Part shown: piece by piece, positions 12,171 to 24,925 of the stretch
Layout: each line of letters starts with the position of its first letter
Position numbering within the stretch: position 1 is the stretch's first letter
Source of the DNA: Malacoraja senta
Taxonomy: Eukaryota
Length of the DNA stretch: 64,000 bases
Reading direction: 5' to 3'
NCBI GenBank assembly: GCA_038087875.1
Contig: CM075979.1
Span: 86,242,001-86,306,000 of the forward strand
The notes under the pieces: generated by a model
Seen by the model: only the letters and a program-made list of their open reading frames with translations
Database searches by the model: none
Told to the model about the DNA's origin: nothing
Translations under genes and position numbers: made by a program

Positions 12171-13246
12171 TATATTACTAAAACTCTCATCTTGTTTGTT
12201 TGTAGTATGCGTGCGTGTGCGCGATATTCCAAATCCCCGCCAAGACGGCACACAATAGCCCTATAATTCTTGGCCCACCTTACTCACCATTGTCCTGGGA
12301 AGTAAAATAAATAAGTTTCATTTGGATTGATGGTATGTTTTACAAGTTATTGATATTATAAACTTTACAAACATCACTTTTCAAACCACTTTTCCTCACG
12401 AATCTTATTTACATTAACAAAATTGCGATTTAAAAAAAAAAGCTTTAATCAAATTCTTCCGTTTTCATTCACAATGATGTCACAGTGGGATCCCAAATCT
12501 CATTTATATAAAAAATCCCGATTTTCAAAAAAAATGTTTTAATCAAATTCTTCCGTTTTCATTAACATTGTGTTTAGGTTATTTTAAAGAAAAAACATGA
12601 TTTTCATTGTTTGGGGGGGGGGATAGGAGGGAAGTTACATTTAAAAAAAACATCGTGATTTTCATTGTGGAGGTTGGGATAGGAGGGAGGTGAGGAGTGG
12701 TGGAGCAGGCGGATAGAGGGAGAGGAGGGGGTAGGGAGGGGAGAGGGAGGGGAAAGTGAGGGAGGTGAGGAAGGAGGGGGGATGGAGGGAGTGGAGGGGT
12801 GGAGTGGGGAATGTAGGGTGTGGTGGATAGAGGGAGAGGAGGGCAGTGGGGGAGGTGAGAAGGAGGAGTGGGTTGGGGGGAGTGGGGGAGCAGGGAGATA
12901 GAGGGAGAGATCGGGTGTAGGGAGGGGAGAGGGGTTATGGAGGGAGGGAGGGAGTGACTGTGGGTGGGGGAAAGGAGAGGGAGGGAGAGTTGAGGGAGTG
13001 GGGAAGGGAGGAGGAGAGGGGAAAGAAGAGGGAGGGTGAAGAGGAGGGGAGGGAGTGCTGGGGATGAGGGAATGGAGGACAGGGGTAGGGAAGAGGGATG
13101 GTGAGGCGCTGTTGGTGGAGGGCTGCCGTGACTCGCGTCACAACGGGGATCTCTGGCGTCACAACGGGAATCCGTCAGCCGCGCCTGCGCAGTTGGGGGC
13201 TATGGGTGAATGGTGGAATATTGCGTTAGGGGAACGGGTCTATTAG
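12171..13246 (+). mobile_element. Non-autonomous Helitron C (3' hairpin deleted)
   Basis: 5' TATATTACTAAAACTCTCATCTTGTTTG matches A and D. 3' subterminal CAGCCGCGCCTGCGCAGTTGGGGGCT..GGAAC matches A (10034-10093). Confidence 0.75.
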
Positions 13247-13983
13247 CTATAATGTTTTGCTGCAAGCAGGTGGCCGATCTTTTAGTGCACACTGTATAGG
13301 AAATATGTGGTTTAAGCATGCTGTCTTAGTCAGTTCAGCTTTTCCTTTCCTTCCTTTAGAACAATGGCTTTTGCATCTTTGTTATTGTATAATGCTCGTG
13401 AGATCTATGTCTTGCTGCATTTCCTTTGTGGCTCTTTGAGCCAAGGTTACATGAGATATAATGGTTGGTGTGAATACATTTTGCACATTCCGCTCTGTTT
13501 CAGAAACACCCCAGCAGAGGTATAAATATCGCAGGTATTATTCCAATTTTGTTTTGTTAATCAATTTGCTATTAATCCAACAGATTAAAATCATAATATT
13601 TGCAGAACATTTTGAGATATTGATTTATTCAACTGTGTACAATGGAGAGAAAAAAGTAGCATTCTCCTTTTTTTTTAAATCAAGGCTACCCATGTGAACC
13701 TCATGAGAGATTTTGGGCTTGAATGATTTTAACTGCTTAAAATTGATTGAGATTTTCTGAGACTCTGAACAATCAATGATCAATTTCCCTCCTGAGATAA
13801 ATAAAGTTCCATTGTATCGTATCGAACTTTGTGCAAATTTTTCACAAATCACTATTTAAATTTTTATTGAAAATAAAATTCCCTGCTCCATGTCACTAAA
13901 AAAATCCATAACCAATGGCACCAGCAATAGCCTACCTGATTATGGCCAGCTCCTTTATCACTTCATCCTGTTATAAAAATAAA

Positions 13984-14192
13984 TTGCAGATACTGATTTA
14001 TACCAAACATAGACACAAAATGCTAGTGTAATTCAGCGGGTCATGCAGCATCTCTGGAGAAAATGAATATGTGATTATTTCTGGTTGGGATCATTCTTCA
14101 GTTTGAAGAAGGGTCCTGATCCAAAATGTCACATTCATTTTCTCCAGAGATGCTGCCTGACCTGCTGAATTACCCAGCATTTTGTATCTATC
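13984..14192. mobile_element. Fold-back element built from inverted Penelope terminal sequence
   Basis: gacacaaaatgct..gcagcatctctggagaaaatgaat pairs with attcattttctccagagatgctgc..agcattttgtatct. Homologous to the Penelope end at 59810-59940. Confidence 0.7.
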
Positions 14193-15703
14193 ACTCTTAA
14201 TCCTGATCATTTCTCTGCACTTTTTGGAATCCAGCCTTCTCAATTTTTATTTTTTTTTCCCAACTCTGTGGGTCAGTCACGTTAGTTTCCTCTCAAACCT
14301 GACTCAGTGTTGCTGATACATATGTGTGGATGGGTTCCTCTATCACCCAAAGTCATCATCTCAAGAATCCAACAATGACTCAAAGACCTAAATTTGGACC
14401 CTCCTCATTCCCTTCTGGAGAGCAAGCTTGTTCATAACCATGGAGCAGCTTGCAATATATGCTAACACCCAGTTGTACCTTCACTGTTTTTTTTCCTCCA
14501 TTCTGTTGCTTGATTACTTGTCTGATATCCAGCCTTGATCAACCATCTCACTTTCAGGACGTCATGATGGGATTTCTTCAGAGAATGTTTGAGGACGAAT
14601 TGTATTAAAACATTTCATCAATTACCTTTTCTCAATGTGATCTTAAATGGGGATTTTCATACCTTATGTTAAATTCTATTCACAACTCTGATAATGGAAT
14701 GGATCATATCTATAAGTAGTGAGAATCACATAACTTTCAGATATGTGCTGATCAGTGGCTTCTGTGATGACGGGGGACTTCAGAGAAGAGCCTCAGACAG
14801 ATCACTCACTCCCACTGTAGGTTGATTACCAATGCTTTAGCCTTGTCTGTATTATGTCATCTATAGGTCATTATACATATGGTACTTAATTGAATGTAGC
14901 AGTAATTCTGCTTAACTGTGAGAGATATAAGGTACATGAGATAACAGACTGTAGTGCAAAACCATTCTGGTTAGCCTATTACTGAATCAATGATGCCCAT
15001 TTATGGTCTGCTGTTGTGATCTGAAAGTAATCCATTCCGATCATGGTAATGCCGTACTATGGAATAGAATGTTCCTTCAGCATGAAATTAGACTATTTTT
15101 CTACAAATACTGTTGAGTGGTCCTTCCTACCAGTATCAACACTAACAGGTTGTAACTCTCACAAAACATTGCAGTTGTTGGAGTTTAAATAATATAGCCC
15201 CAGGTTATGAATGCAGGAGATCCTCAGGTCATTCTCTTAAGCCCACCTATTGTCAGAGGTATCTTCAATGGCCTTCCATGTCTGAACTGGGATGTTTATT
15301 GATGATTGTTCAATCTCATTTACCACCCCTCAGCAAATGAAGCAGTTCATGCGTGTATGTAACAAGGCCAAGACAATACTGAGACATATGCTGATATGTG
15401 GCCAGGAACACTGCTATAAAAATGACAATAACCATCTGCCTTAAGAATGGGTCTACCCACCTAACATTGATCTTCAATGTCATTACCATGATCAAGTACC
15501 CTACAATATTCATGCAAGATGTCACCATAGATCAAAAACTCAATGGACCTGCTAGATAAATACTTTGGCTATAAAGACTAGTCAGAGGTTGGTACCCCAC
15601 AGTATCCTACATCTTATCCTATCCTACACACCTCCTAACACTCAAACCTTTTCCATTATCTACAAGCTGCATTTCAGGAATTAAATGGAACACTCTCCGC
15701 TAG

Positions 15704-15903
15704 NNNNNNNNNNNNNNNNNNNNNNNNNNNNNNNNNNNNNNNNNNNNNNNNNNNNNNNNNNNNNNNNNNNNNNNNNNNNNNNNNNNNNNNNNNNNNNNNN
15801 NNNNNNNNNNNNNNNNNNNNNNNNNNNNNNNNNNNNNNNNNNNNNNNNNNNNNNNNNNNNNNNNNNNNNNNNNNNNNNNNNNNNNNNNNNNNNNNNNNNN
15901 NNN
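15704..15903. other. Assembly gap (200 N)
   Basis: Run of N. Confidence 1.
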
Positions 15904-17010
15904 GCAAGCTGATCACAAAAATGCTAGACCTTGGCCTCAGCAGTCAACTGTGTCGGTGGATATTGGACTTTCTCAGTGAACGCCCACAGACGGTGAGACT
16001 TGGACCCTACACCTCGACATCCCTGACCCTCAGCACAGGAGCACCGCAGGGCTGTGTGCTCAGTCCGCTCCTCTACGCCCTATACACACATGACTGCTTG
16101 CCCCATCACCCCGCAAATAGGATTTAAAAAATTGCGGACGATACAACCGTGGTTGGGCTCATCTCAAATGGGAACGAGGACGCCTATAGAGAGGAGGTGC
16201 ACAGACTTTCTGAGTGGTGTGCTCACAACAATCTCTCTCTGAACACTAAAAAGACAAAGGAGATCATCACTGATTTCAGGTGACATAGAGCGGAGCTCAG
16301 GCCACTGGAGATAGGGGGCGAGGAGGTGGAGAGGGTGCCTAGTTTTAAATTTCTGGGGATCAACATCAGTGAGGATCTTAAATGGTCTGTGAACTCTGCT
16401 GTAGTTGTAAAAAAGGCACAACAGAGACTTTACTTCCTCAGAACACTGAGGAAGGCCCATCTGTCTGCTAAACTGCTGGAGTCTTTCTACTGCTGTTCGG
16501 TAGAAAGCATACTGACTTACTGCATAACTGCCTGGTTTGGGAACTGTTCAGCAGCTGACAGAGCAGCTCTCCAGAGGGTGATAAAAACTGCCCAGGGTAT
16601 CATTGGACTCCCCCTGCCCCCTCTGGAGGACATTTACCACTCCAGATGCCGCAGCAGGACCTGTAATATCGTGAAAGACATTACACATCCTTGTCACCAC
16701 CTTTTCACACTGCTGCCCTCAGGAAAAAGGTACAGGTCGCTAAAGTCACGTACTGCCAGACTCAAGAACAGCTTTTACCCATCAGCAATCTTGGAACTGA
16801 ACTCTGTCTCGGGAGCGGATTATGGGGAAGGAGGGGGGGTGGGAGACAGTGTTAATTTATGTAAATGTGAATCCATGGGTGGGTTTGGGGAGTGAGGGAG
16901 TGTAAAAAGTATATGTGAATGTTTGAAGTTCTTTTAAATGGAGAGACACAGTAATCTCGTTGTATGTGACACATGCAATGACAATAAAGCATTCTGATTC
17001 TGATTCTGAT
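15904..17010 (+). mobile_element. Rex1/Babar LINE, RT C-terminal half with stops, truncated by the gap
   Basis: [43 protein letters not shown] plus (ATTCTG)n tail. Confidence 0.9.
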
Positions 17011-17014
17011 TCAA

Positions 17015-17173
17015 TTCCACCTCTTCCTTCCTTCCTTTCTTCCGCCCCCCCCCCCACCCCCCACCCCCACCCTCATCAGTCTGAGGAAGGGTTTCGACCC
17101 GAAACGTTGCCTATTTCCTTCGCTCCATTGATGCTGCCTCCCCCGCTGAGTTTTTCCAGCATTTTTGTCTACC
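17015..17173 (+). mobile_element. Penelope terminal fragment containing a minimal hammerhead motif (17081-17108)
   Basis: Near-identical to 59750-59905. CTGAGGA-a-GGGT-TTCG-ACCC-GAAA-CGTT. Confidence 0.75.
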
Positions 17174-19559
17174 ATTAATTCCCAGCATTTGTGCAAAGTG
17201 GCCACATTGTTACCATCTACAAGATGTGTTGCAATTACTCTGGATCTAAATCCTGGAACTCCATACCCAACCACAGGATTTCCTTGGATTACCTTGACCA
17301 GAAGTATTGTGTTAATTCAGGAAAATGGCTCATCATTGGCTTCACAAAATGCCTTTAGGTTCAAGCAATAAATCTTTGCTTGCCAGAGACACTCACTAAA
17401 TTTTAAGAATTCCACAAATCCAATAGGTCAGCATGTGATGCCATTACTTTCTTGTGTTTAATTTTTGAATTGTTTGGCTGTTAAAGGTATTTAGCAAATT
17501 ATAGGGCATCCGCGGTCTGTTTATCGGAGTGACTAGTGATGCTGATGGAAATCCCCAAAATATTACTATTGGTTATATGTACCATAATAGCAAACATGAT
17601 GTTCTCTGCTTTAAAATGATATCAAAGTAACAAACATAGATGTTAATACTCTCTAGTTCATTAAAAAAAAAAAAAATTGGGCTTTTCAAGATAATAAGTG
17701 ACTTGCTAGATAGAACTCATTTTAATATTTTCTACACCTAAGTTTTACCCAGGTAGTTGTGGCTAGGTTCAGAGAAATGTTCCCTCTTCACCGTGCCTCA
17801 ACACCAACTTTACTGCATTACAGCACTTTACTGCATTAATGTGAATCACCCATCCTTCATTTTTAACCATCAACATGGGTTTTGAGTTAACATGAGCAAC
17901 AAGCCATTTATGATTCAATTTTAAGATGATTTTGCATTTATTTTTGTAATGTACCTCAGAAAGCCAAATGAAATTTCTAGATCACAGTTGGTCTTCCAAG
18001 GCTCTTCCAGTTAGGAATGAATAGCAAATATTTTTCTGGGGAATGACCCAGGTGTTCACAAAATACTCCTTGCCTACGTCCCATGTTGGACAATATTCAA
18101 GTTTTAGATCTGCCTTACCCGTTTCCATTCTTGAAATGAGGCCACATGGTTGAGACTATTGATTTGGGTTTGGATGAGAAACATACAAATATTCTATCTT
18201 CTCATAGTATTATTCTTTATATCTTGGATACTTCTCAGGGTCCTTTCAACAAACTCGTCTTTGCTGTGAATTTCTTTTGCTCAGTAACTTTTTTGGTACT
18301 TCAGACAAGGTTCAAACAATAATATGGGGATAACTACAAACTAAATATTTAAGCCTTTCTCTTGCTTCTTCGTTTTCTGATAATAGTAGGAACAAATCTA
18401 AACTTTTTATTGATGACCCTTTCAAAACTCCTATTTTTTCTGACATTAACCTACTAATTAGGATACAAAACATTTCCATCTGTTCAACCACACCCCCTTC
18501 CAGCTGTAAATAATGCTTCCCAGTGGAAATAACCATAATAATTTTGTTACAAATCATACTTAGAAAATGAGTTGGCACCATGAGCTGTAAATATTGGAAG
18601 TCTCTGACCTCAACTGGGCCATCTAAGATATGCCAAGTGAAGATTTACTATGCATTGGTGTGTTCTCATGTAAAAATGCAGGAAGCTTTAAATATATTCG
18701 TTTGATTGGGAAATTAATTAGCTTAACTGAAGTAATACTTCCACTTTTAAAATCAAACTGCTGGAGGCACGCAGTGGGTCAGGCAGCATCCAGAGAGAGG
18801 TTCTCGACTCAAATGTTGACAATCCATTTCCCACCATAAAATGCCACCTGGCTGGCTCAGTTCATCCAAAAGTGTTTTTTTTTCCCCCGCTTCAGAATCT
18901 AGCATCTACAGTCTCTTGTGAATATTATATCCAATTTACATTGGAAACCACGTGCCCACTTCCATAATTAAAAGTTGTCCCATAACCTTATTAAACCGCT
19001 GGTGGAAGAACCCAAGGACATCAACAAATAAATAAATCCCGTGCCATATCCATGTCACCTCGCATTTCCTGTAATCCTCTAATTTCCTTGGTATATAGAA
19101 TAATTATTCAAACATCTCAAGATGTGGAGGAAAAGCAAACGAAAACGACACGTTTCACCAGGATTTAAAGTTCGACTTCAATTCCTTCTACGATGGTGCA
19201 ATACCCAGGAGGACCTTAGTACCGGAAATTGAATTAAAATTTATTCTGACCGATATATATTGTAAATGTTATAGCAACCTGCCTTATCTTTCCAAGGTGA
19301 AGTGACCAGCATTCTCCGTTCTTATTTCGGACAGGGTTCACTTGAGGTGGTTTTATTTAATTCCGATCAGTCGACTGTCCAAGACAGAATTTCAACACCA
19401 CGCCATCTCTGCACCGATGTCTTTCCGTGTGATTTGTTTTGCGCACTTAAAATATGGACGAGGGGACAGGTCGCTGCATATTATTTTTTTCATAAAGTTG
19501 CTGTTGTTGTTGTTTTCTCTTGGAGAATGTAGGCCGATAAATGAATAATTAAATCTTGA

Positions 19560-20000
19560 GGACACAACCTCGCCCCCTCCCTTGACGCACTCCGCACATC
19601 CTCTTATTCACCCTATTGTCCGAGTCACGTGCCGGCCCCAACGTGCTGGCGGCTCGTTCCGCGCAAAGTAGGAGGGATGAATAAACGCCAACCAACCGAA
19701 AAGCCCACGCTGCATGACGGGAATTGTAGTTCGCTTGGCTGTCTTGCGCCTGTCAAATTGCATTGCATCCCCCTTTCGTCCGTTGGAGGGTGTAAACTAC
19801 GTTCTCCATCTCCCTTCGCAGCCGGTGTCGCGCACGTGAGTTGACGCCTTGAGCTCGAGCGCTGAGCTTCTTGGTAGGTCTCAGTCAGTGAGTGGAAGAG
19901 AGCGCGTCCGCCATTTACAGTTGGGAAGAAAAGAGCGTGTGTGTTTCGGATCTGACAGACGGAATAAGCGCCCATCTTCTTGCCCTCCCCCCCCATCCCC
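19560..20000 (+). promoter_or_regulatory. WNK1: CpG-rich WNK1 promoter / TSS region
   Basis: Non-repetitive CpG-rich stretch ~1 kb upstream of the ATG. E-boxes GTCACGTG (19624-19631) and CACGTG (19833-19838), GC box ~19571, YY1-like CCGCCATTT (19908-19916). Confidence 0.75.
19712..19730 (-). promoter_or_regulatory. ZNF143 (SBS) binding motif
   Basis: Reverse complement ACTACAATTCCCGTCATGC is a close match to ACTACAnnTCCCAnnATGC. Confidence 0.8.
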
Positions 20001-20876
20001 CCTTCTCATGCGGGGGGCCCGGGCTCGAACTTATAACGAGGTGGAATATTGGCGATTTTCTTTTGTTGGAAAAATCAGTTCCATTGGAAGAGAAGAAGCC
20101 GGGATGTTTCGTATGTGGAAGGGACTGCAGTGAGAGCCTCTCCCCGGGCAGCTTGAGCTTGCCCTGTGGTTTCTATTGTTGCTCCCAGGCCTGTCTTGAT
20201 TGGCAGTGCGGGCTGTCCTTTCTCATCACCATCATTTGTTGACTTTTTAAGAAAAGCTTAATATTTTCATCGCATCCATCTTGAAAGCTGTGGAACCAGA
20301 GCCTTTACGGACATTGACGGAACAGTTGTGGCGCTGTACATCATCGATGTTTAAAAAAAAAGTGACTCCACATATTCACTGTTCTGCTATTGAGAGAACT
20401 ATCGCCACATCGTTGTAAAACGGATTGTTACTTTGAATGTGCTGTTTGGGTAACGAATATTCATTTTTGGAGTTTAAATCGAGGGAAAAGGGAGCTGTTT
20501 AGGCTGCTGACATTGACTTTTCCATTTTTAATTCCTTTGCCCTCCCGAGAAATTAAGACTGAATGAAAGCAGTTTGGGATTTTTAAATCAAGGATGGATG
20601 GATCACATCAGATGGTCCATGTTTATCACGCTGCATTGCAACTGACTGAGGTGGACAGTATTTTTTGTTTCTTTTTTAAAGGAACGTCTGTGTTCCAGGG
20701 ATCCGACCCTTTGCACATAAATAGCATGGAGTTATTTTGTATTTAAAAACTATCGGTTTGCAATTGTCTCCTCGTGGTTAACTAAAAAAATTGCATATCC
20801 TTTGAAATCTTGTTTTAGAGAGGAACCACTACATTTTGTTTTTTGAAGCCGATTGCCAATCGGTTTTCTTGTGGCA

Positions 20877-21692
20877 ATGTCAGAAAGCGCAGACAAAATT
20901 GGCTCATTATTGCGTCCTCCTAAAAATGGTACCAATTCCAGTTCGGATACTACAATAGGAGAACGTTTTGGAGTAAGTATGAGAAAAAAGGAAGAGTTCA
21001 CCGCCCTCAGGAGGCGGAGGCATACAATGGACAAGGATAGCAAAGCAGATCACCAACGTTTTATTAGGAGGAGTGTGATCTGCGATTCCAACGTAACCGC
21101 ATTGGACCATTTACCCAGTAAAACCAGCATTATCGTCTCTCCGCCTGAATCGGATAATGCAACCATATTAATAAGTAATGTTACCAATAATAATGAAGCA
21201 CAGCCTCCAATACAAGCAACTCCCGTTGACCCAGTCTCTACTGCAGTTCCTGTGATTAGAGAAGAAAAATGCGAAAATTGCACCGATGGCAGTGCGAAAG
21301 ATGGAAGCAGGGTCGCGGGTATTGGCGATGAACCATCTCGGCCCTCTATCCGTTCGCCCGATGTCTATGTTTGCAATTATGCCGTAAGTACAACTGGCGG
21401 CATCCTTGTCAGCAAAGACCGAAAAAAACAAAAAGCTGTTCCAATTAAAGAGGAGGTCGAGTCGAAAGTCAATGAAGAGGACAGTGCGGAGAATCGTGAG
21501 GCAGAGGAGGCAAGAAATCTAGAGAGAAAAGCGCAGGAGGATAATGAAGAAATAGAGACAAAGGCTGTGGCAACTTCCCCTGATGGGAGGTTTTTGAAGT
21601 TCGACATAGAAATTGGGAGAGGATCGTTCAAAACTGTCTATAAGGGTCTCGACACGGAAACAACTGTGGAAGTAGCTTGGTGTGAATTGCAG
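20877..21692 (+). CDS. WNK1: WNK1 coding exon 1 (N-terminus and kinase subdomains I-II)
   Basis: gcaATGtca start. [19 protein letters not shown] (Akt site) and [12 protein letters not shown] are WNK1 N-terminal motifs. GRGSFKTVY (catalytic Lys in subdomain I) and VAWCELQ (Cys replacing the usual Lys). Donor CAG|GTAAGC, phase 0. Confidence 0.96.
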
Positions 21693-22676
21693 GTAAGCTT
21701 CGATGCTTAAATCGGAGGTCCAATTTGGAATAATGAAGATCCTTCTTTTCCGAGTTACATCAGCACTGACAAGAAAACCTTTCAGTACCAAAGACATTGT
21801 CAATTTTTATTACAGACCTTGGTCTGATTGACAACGCTGCTTGTCACTGAAGCAGTTTGAAAAATAGAAAGTTTGACAATTTTCTACATGTACATTTATT
21901 TAAAAGACTAATTGCTTTACTTTTTCCTTGCTTTCATTTCTGCCTTATCTTGCCCAGATTTGCATTTAAGTAAAGGCCTTCTTTATTTCTTAGTTTGTGA
22001 ACATTGGTAGTTTTGTCCATGGCTGACATATTAATATTAGATGAGTTAAAAAGAGAATTCTAATGAGAATTGCCAAGCTCTCGGCTGAATTGTGAGTCTC
22101 TTGCACCACATTGATTTGTAGTGTTGAGGTTTTTGGACTTGCTACCACCCCCATTACCAAAATTAGTTAGTGTGGGACAAAATAGATACTGAATTGGGGA
22201 CCTTCATAAGTTGATTCTTTGCATTATTATTTTTTGTGGTGTCTAAGATGTTTGGTCTTCAGTAATCATTTCTGATCACTGATTAATTGTTGTACACCGC
22301 TATTATTATCCTAGAGCTTGGGGTGAATGTGTGGATTGTCTGCTTCTTTGTGCCCTGTAAGGTCACACAATTAACAGAGAGAGAATGGGCAGATGAAGTG
22401 TTTTATTTATTTTAGTTGAGGGATAGATACCTAGAACAACTCCAGAGATATGGGCCTTAATCTAAGAATCATGTCTTGGGATCTCTTCAGACAGGCATGA
22501 ATGTAACAACATTTTATTAGGCTTATCTCATGTAATGATCGGTTGAAAAATGCCTTCAATTATATGTGGGGATCACTGAACTTGTTTTCTGTTTAACTTA
22601 TTCACGGGTGCAGGATAGAGAAAATATATACAGCAACAATTGGGGTTAAGAGGAGGGTATTGATCAGCAGCATGGA

Positions 22677-23014
22677 GATTTATTCCTGGTGTACTTAGTA
22701 ACTTGTTATAGGTAAATAGAATCTACTGGAGTTGTTAACCCTATCTTCCTCCTCCACAGATGCTGCCTGACCTACTAAACATTTCATGCATTTTCTATTT
22801 TGAGTGATTTGTTTATAATACAAAATGTAATAAAGCTATTTACTTGAAATGTTAATACCTTGCGTATTATAAACAAATCACTCAAAATAGAAAATGCATG
22901 AAATATTTAGTAGGTCGAGCTGCATCTGTGGAGGAGGATATGGTTAACAACTCAAGTAGATTCTATTTACCTAGAACAAGTTACTAAGTTACTAAACTAC
23001 GCCAGGAATAAATC
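22677..23014. repeat. Long inverted repeat (~145-bp arms, ~42-nt spacer) in WNK1 intron 1
   Basis: 22677-22821 is the near reverse complement of 22864-23014. Confidence 0.92.
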
Positions 23015-24689
23015 CAAGTCACGCAAACACATCATGACAATTTCCAAAACTAGCACAATGAGGTTAAAAGATGTCATAAATTGACCTTATTTTCTCAAAT
23101 ATTATTTTTCACTGCATAAAAGTGATGTTTATGGAGAATGATGGGTGACAATTTAGAGGTGTTAAGATAATTTACATAAAAATGAGTACCACGTTTGAAT
23201 GTTAAGCCATCGGATAAAACCTGCAATATTTTATAGGTGCTATAAATGTATTGAAGCAAAGGATATACTTTGTAATTCTTTAAGTGTAATTATAAGAATC
23301 TATGTAAATATGTGTTAAAATAGGATTCAATACAGTTTAGATAATGCTTCATTAATGACCCCCCCCCCCCCCTCCATTGTAAATTCAGAAGTGGAGATGT
23401 TCATTGTGTAATGTTAAATTCAATTTGCAACTAGTCAGAATTACGTTATTCAAGTCAATGGACTTTAAAAAAACTGCAGATATGTGGTGATAAGTGGCCA
23501 GGGTAGATAATTGGAATGCAGGTGGGTCTGACTGTCATCACCTAAATTGAAAAGTGATTTGTTAAATGTATCGCTGTTCCTTATTATCATTTGGATCCAA
23601 ATCCAAGAGCTTTCTGCTTTGAAAACTGTGATGGTACTCTTAAGTAATGAAAGAATATGGTGCATCAACAGGATCACCACAAAAGTACTTTAAGGCATTT
23701 AATGATGGACTTAGCAATTACGCCCACTTGCATAAAGATTTAAAAAAAACAAGATTCCTTTTTGAATACTCCTTTGAATACTCCTTTTTGAATACTCCTT
23801 CCAGGCTTCTCATAACGTTCATACTTTGATCAAATCCGTCTTTGGTCCACTGATGAAAAAGTCCAGCTAGCAAAAGTCCAGCCTAGCAAAATTTGCAAGC
23901 TTGGTAACATCCTTGTAAATCTCCTCTGCACCCTCTAGTGGTATTGCATTCATCCTGTAATGTGGTGATCAGAATTGTTTATATTTCTCCAGCCATGTCC
24001 TGGTATCTATTCAGCCAATAAAGCCATTATCCTGTGTGCCATAAGCTGTTGATGAAGTTATCTGATTGGTAAGTTAATTAGGACAGTTTAAGAAAGGTAA
24101 CGAGAGAACCCAAGCAAAGGGAGCAAGTGCTCAACAGACGCAAGGGTCTGCAAATATGTAGGTTTGCAAAAATAAAAGTGCAGTGTTGGATAATTCAATG
24201 GGTCAGCAGATTAGGCCATGCAAGTGGAAGGAGAAAATCTAAGTCAAATGGTTCTGTCAGAACTGGTCAGTTCTGATACAACAGAGAAAACGAGTTAGCT
24301 GAAGGTTTTGAATTTGGTGTTGACTCTGGAACACTAAAACACGCTAACAGAAGATGTGGCGTTATCCCTTAACCATTTGTTGGGGTCTGTTCAAAACAAT
24401 GAATAGGCAGAAGTCCGAGAAGGAGTTGGGTGGGGAATTGAAGTGGCAGGCAACAGGAAGCTCAGGATCTTACCTTTGGACTGAACACAAGTGCTCTGCA
24501 AAGTTCTCACCAAGTCTGTGTTTGGTTTCTCCAACATGGAGGAGATCACAAGCCTTTTGCTGATTTGGAAGTGCAAATTAATCTGCTTCATCTGGAAAGA
24601 CTGTTTAAGGTTCCTGGATAGTGAGGTGTAAAAGGACACGTTTAGAGATACAGCATGGAAACATGCACTTCGGCTCACCAAGTCCATGC

Positions 24690-24925
24690 CAACCATCGAT
24701 TACCCGTTCACACTAGTTCTGTGTGTCTAACTTTTACATCCACTCCTTATACACTAGTGGTAACTTTAGAGGCCCACGTGCCTTTGGGATGTGGGAGGAA
24801 ACCAGAACACCTGGAGGAAACCCATGTGATCTCAGTGGGAACAACGGAACATGCAAATTCCACACAGACGACAGGTGAGATCAGGATCGAAAGCTGGTCT
24901 CTGTCGCAGTGAGGCAGCATCTCTG
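24690..24925 (-). mobile_element. tRNA-derived V-SINE (HE1-like), degenerate
   Basis: Reverse complement of the SINE at 45058-45300. Confidence 0.7.

Noticed and set aside
1-19200. Exons of a neighbouring gene such as NINJ2
   Set aside because: No recognisable coding exon found; short exons could be missed.
20853-20876. TTG-initiated extension of WNK1, and ORF read-through to 21710
   Set aside because: ORF-finder artefacts; ATG 20877 matches the homolog start and the donor is at 21693.
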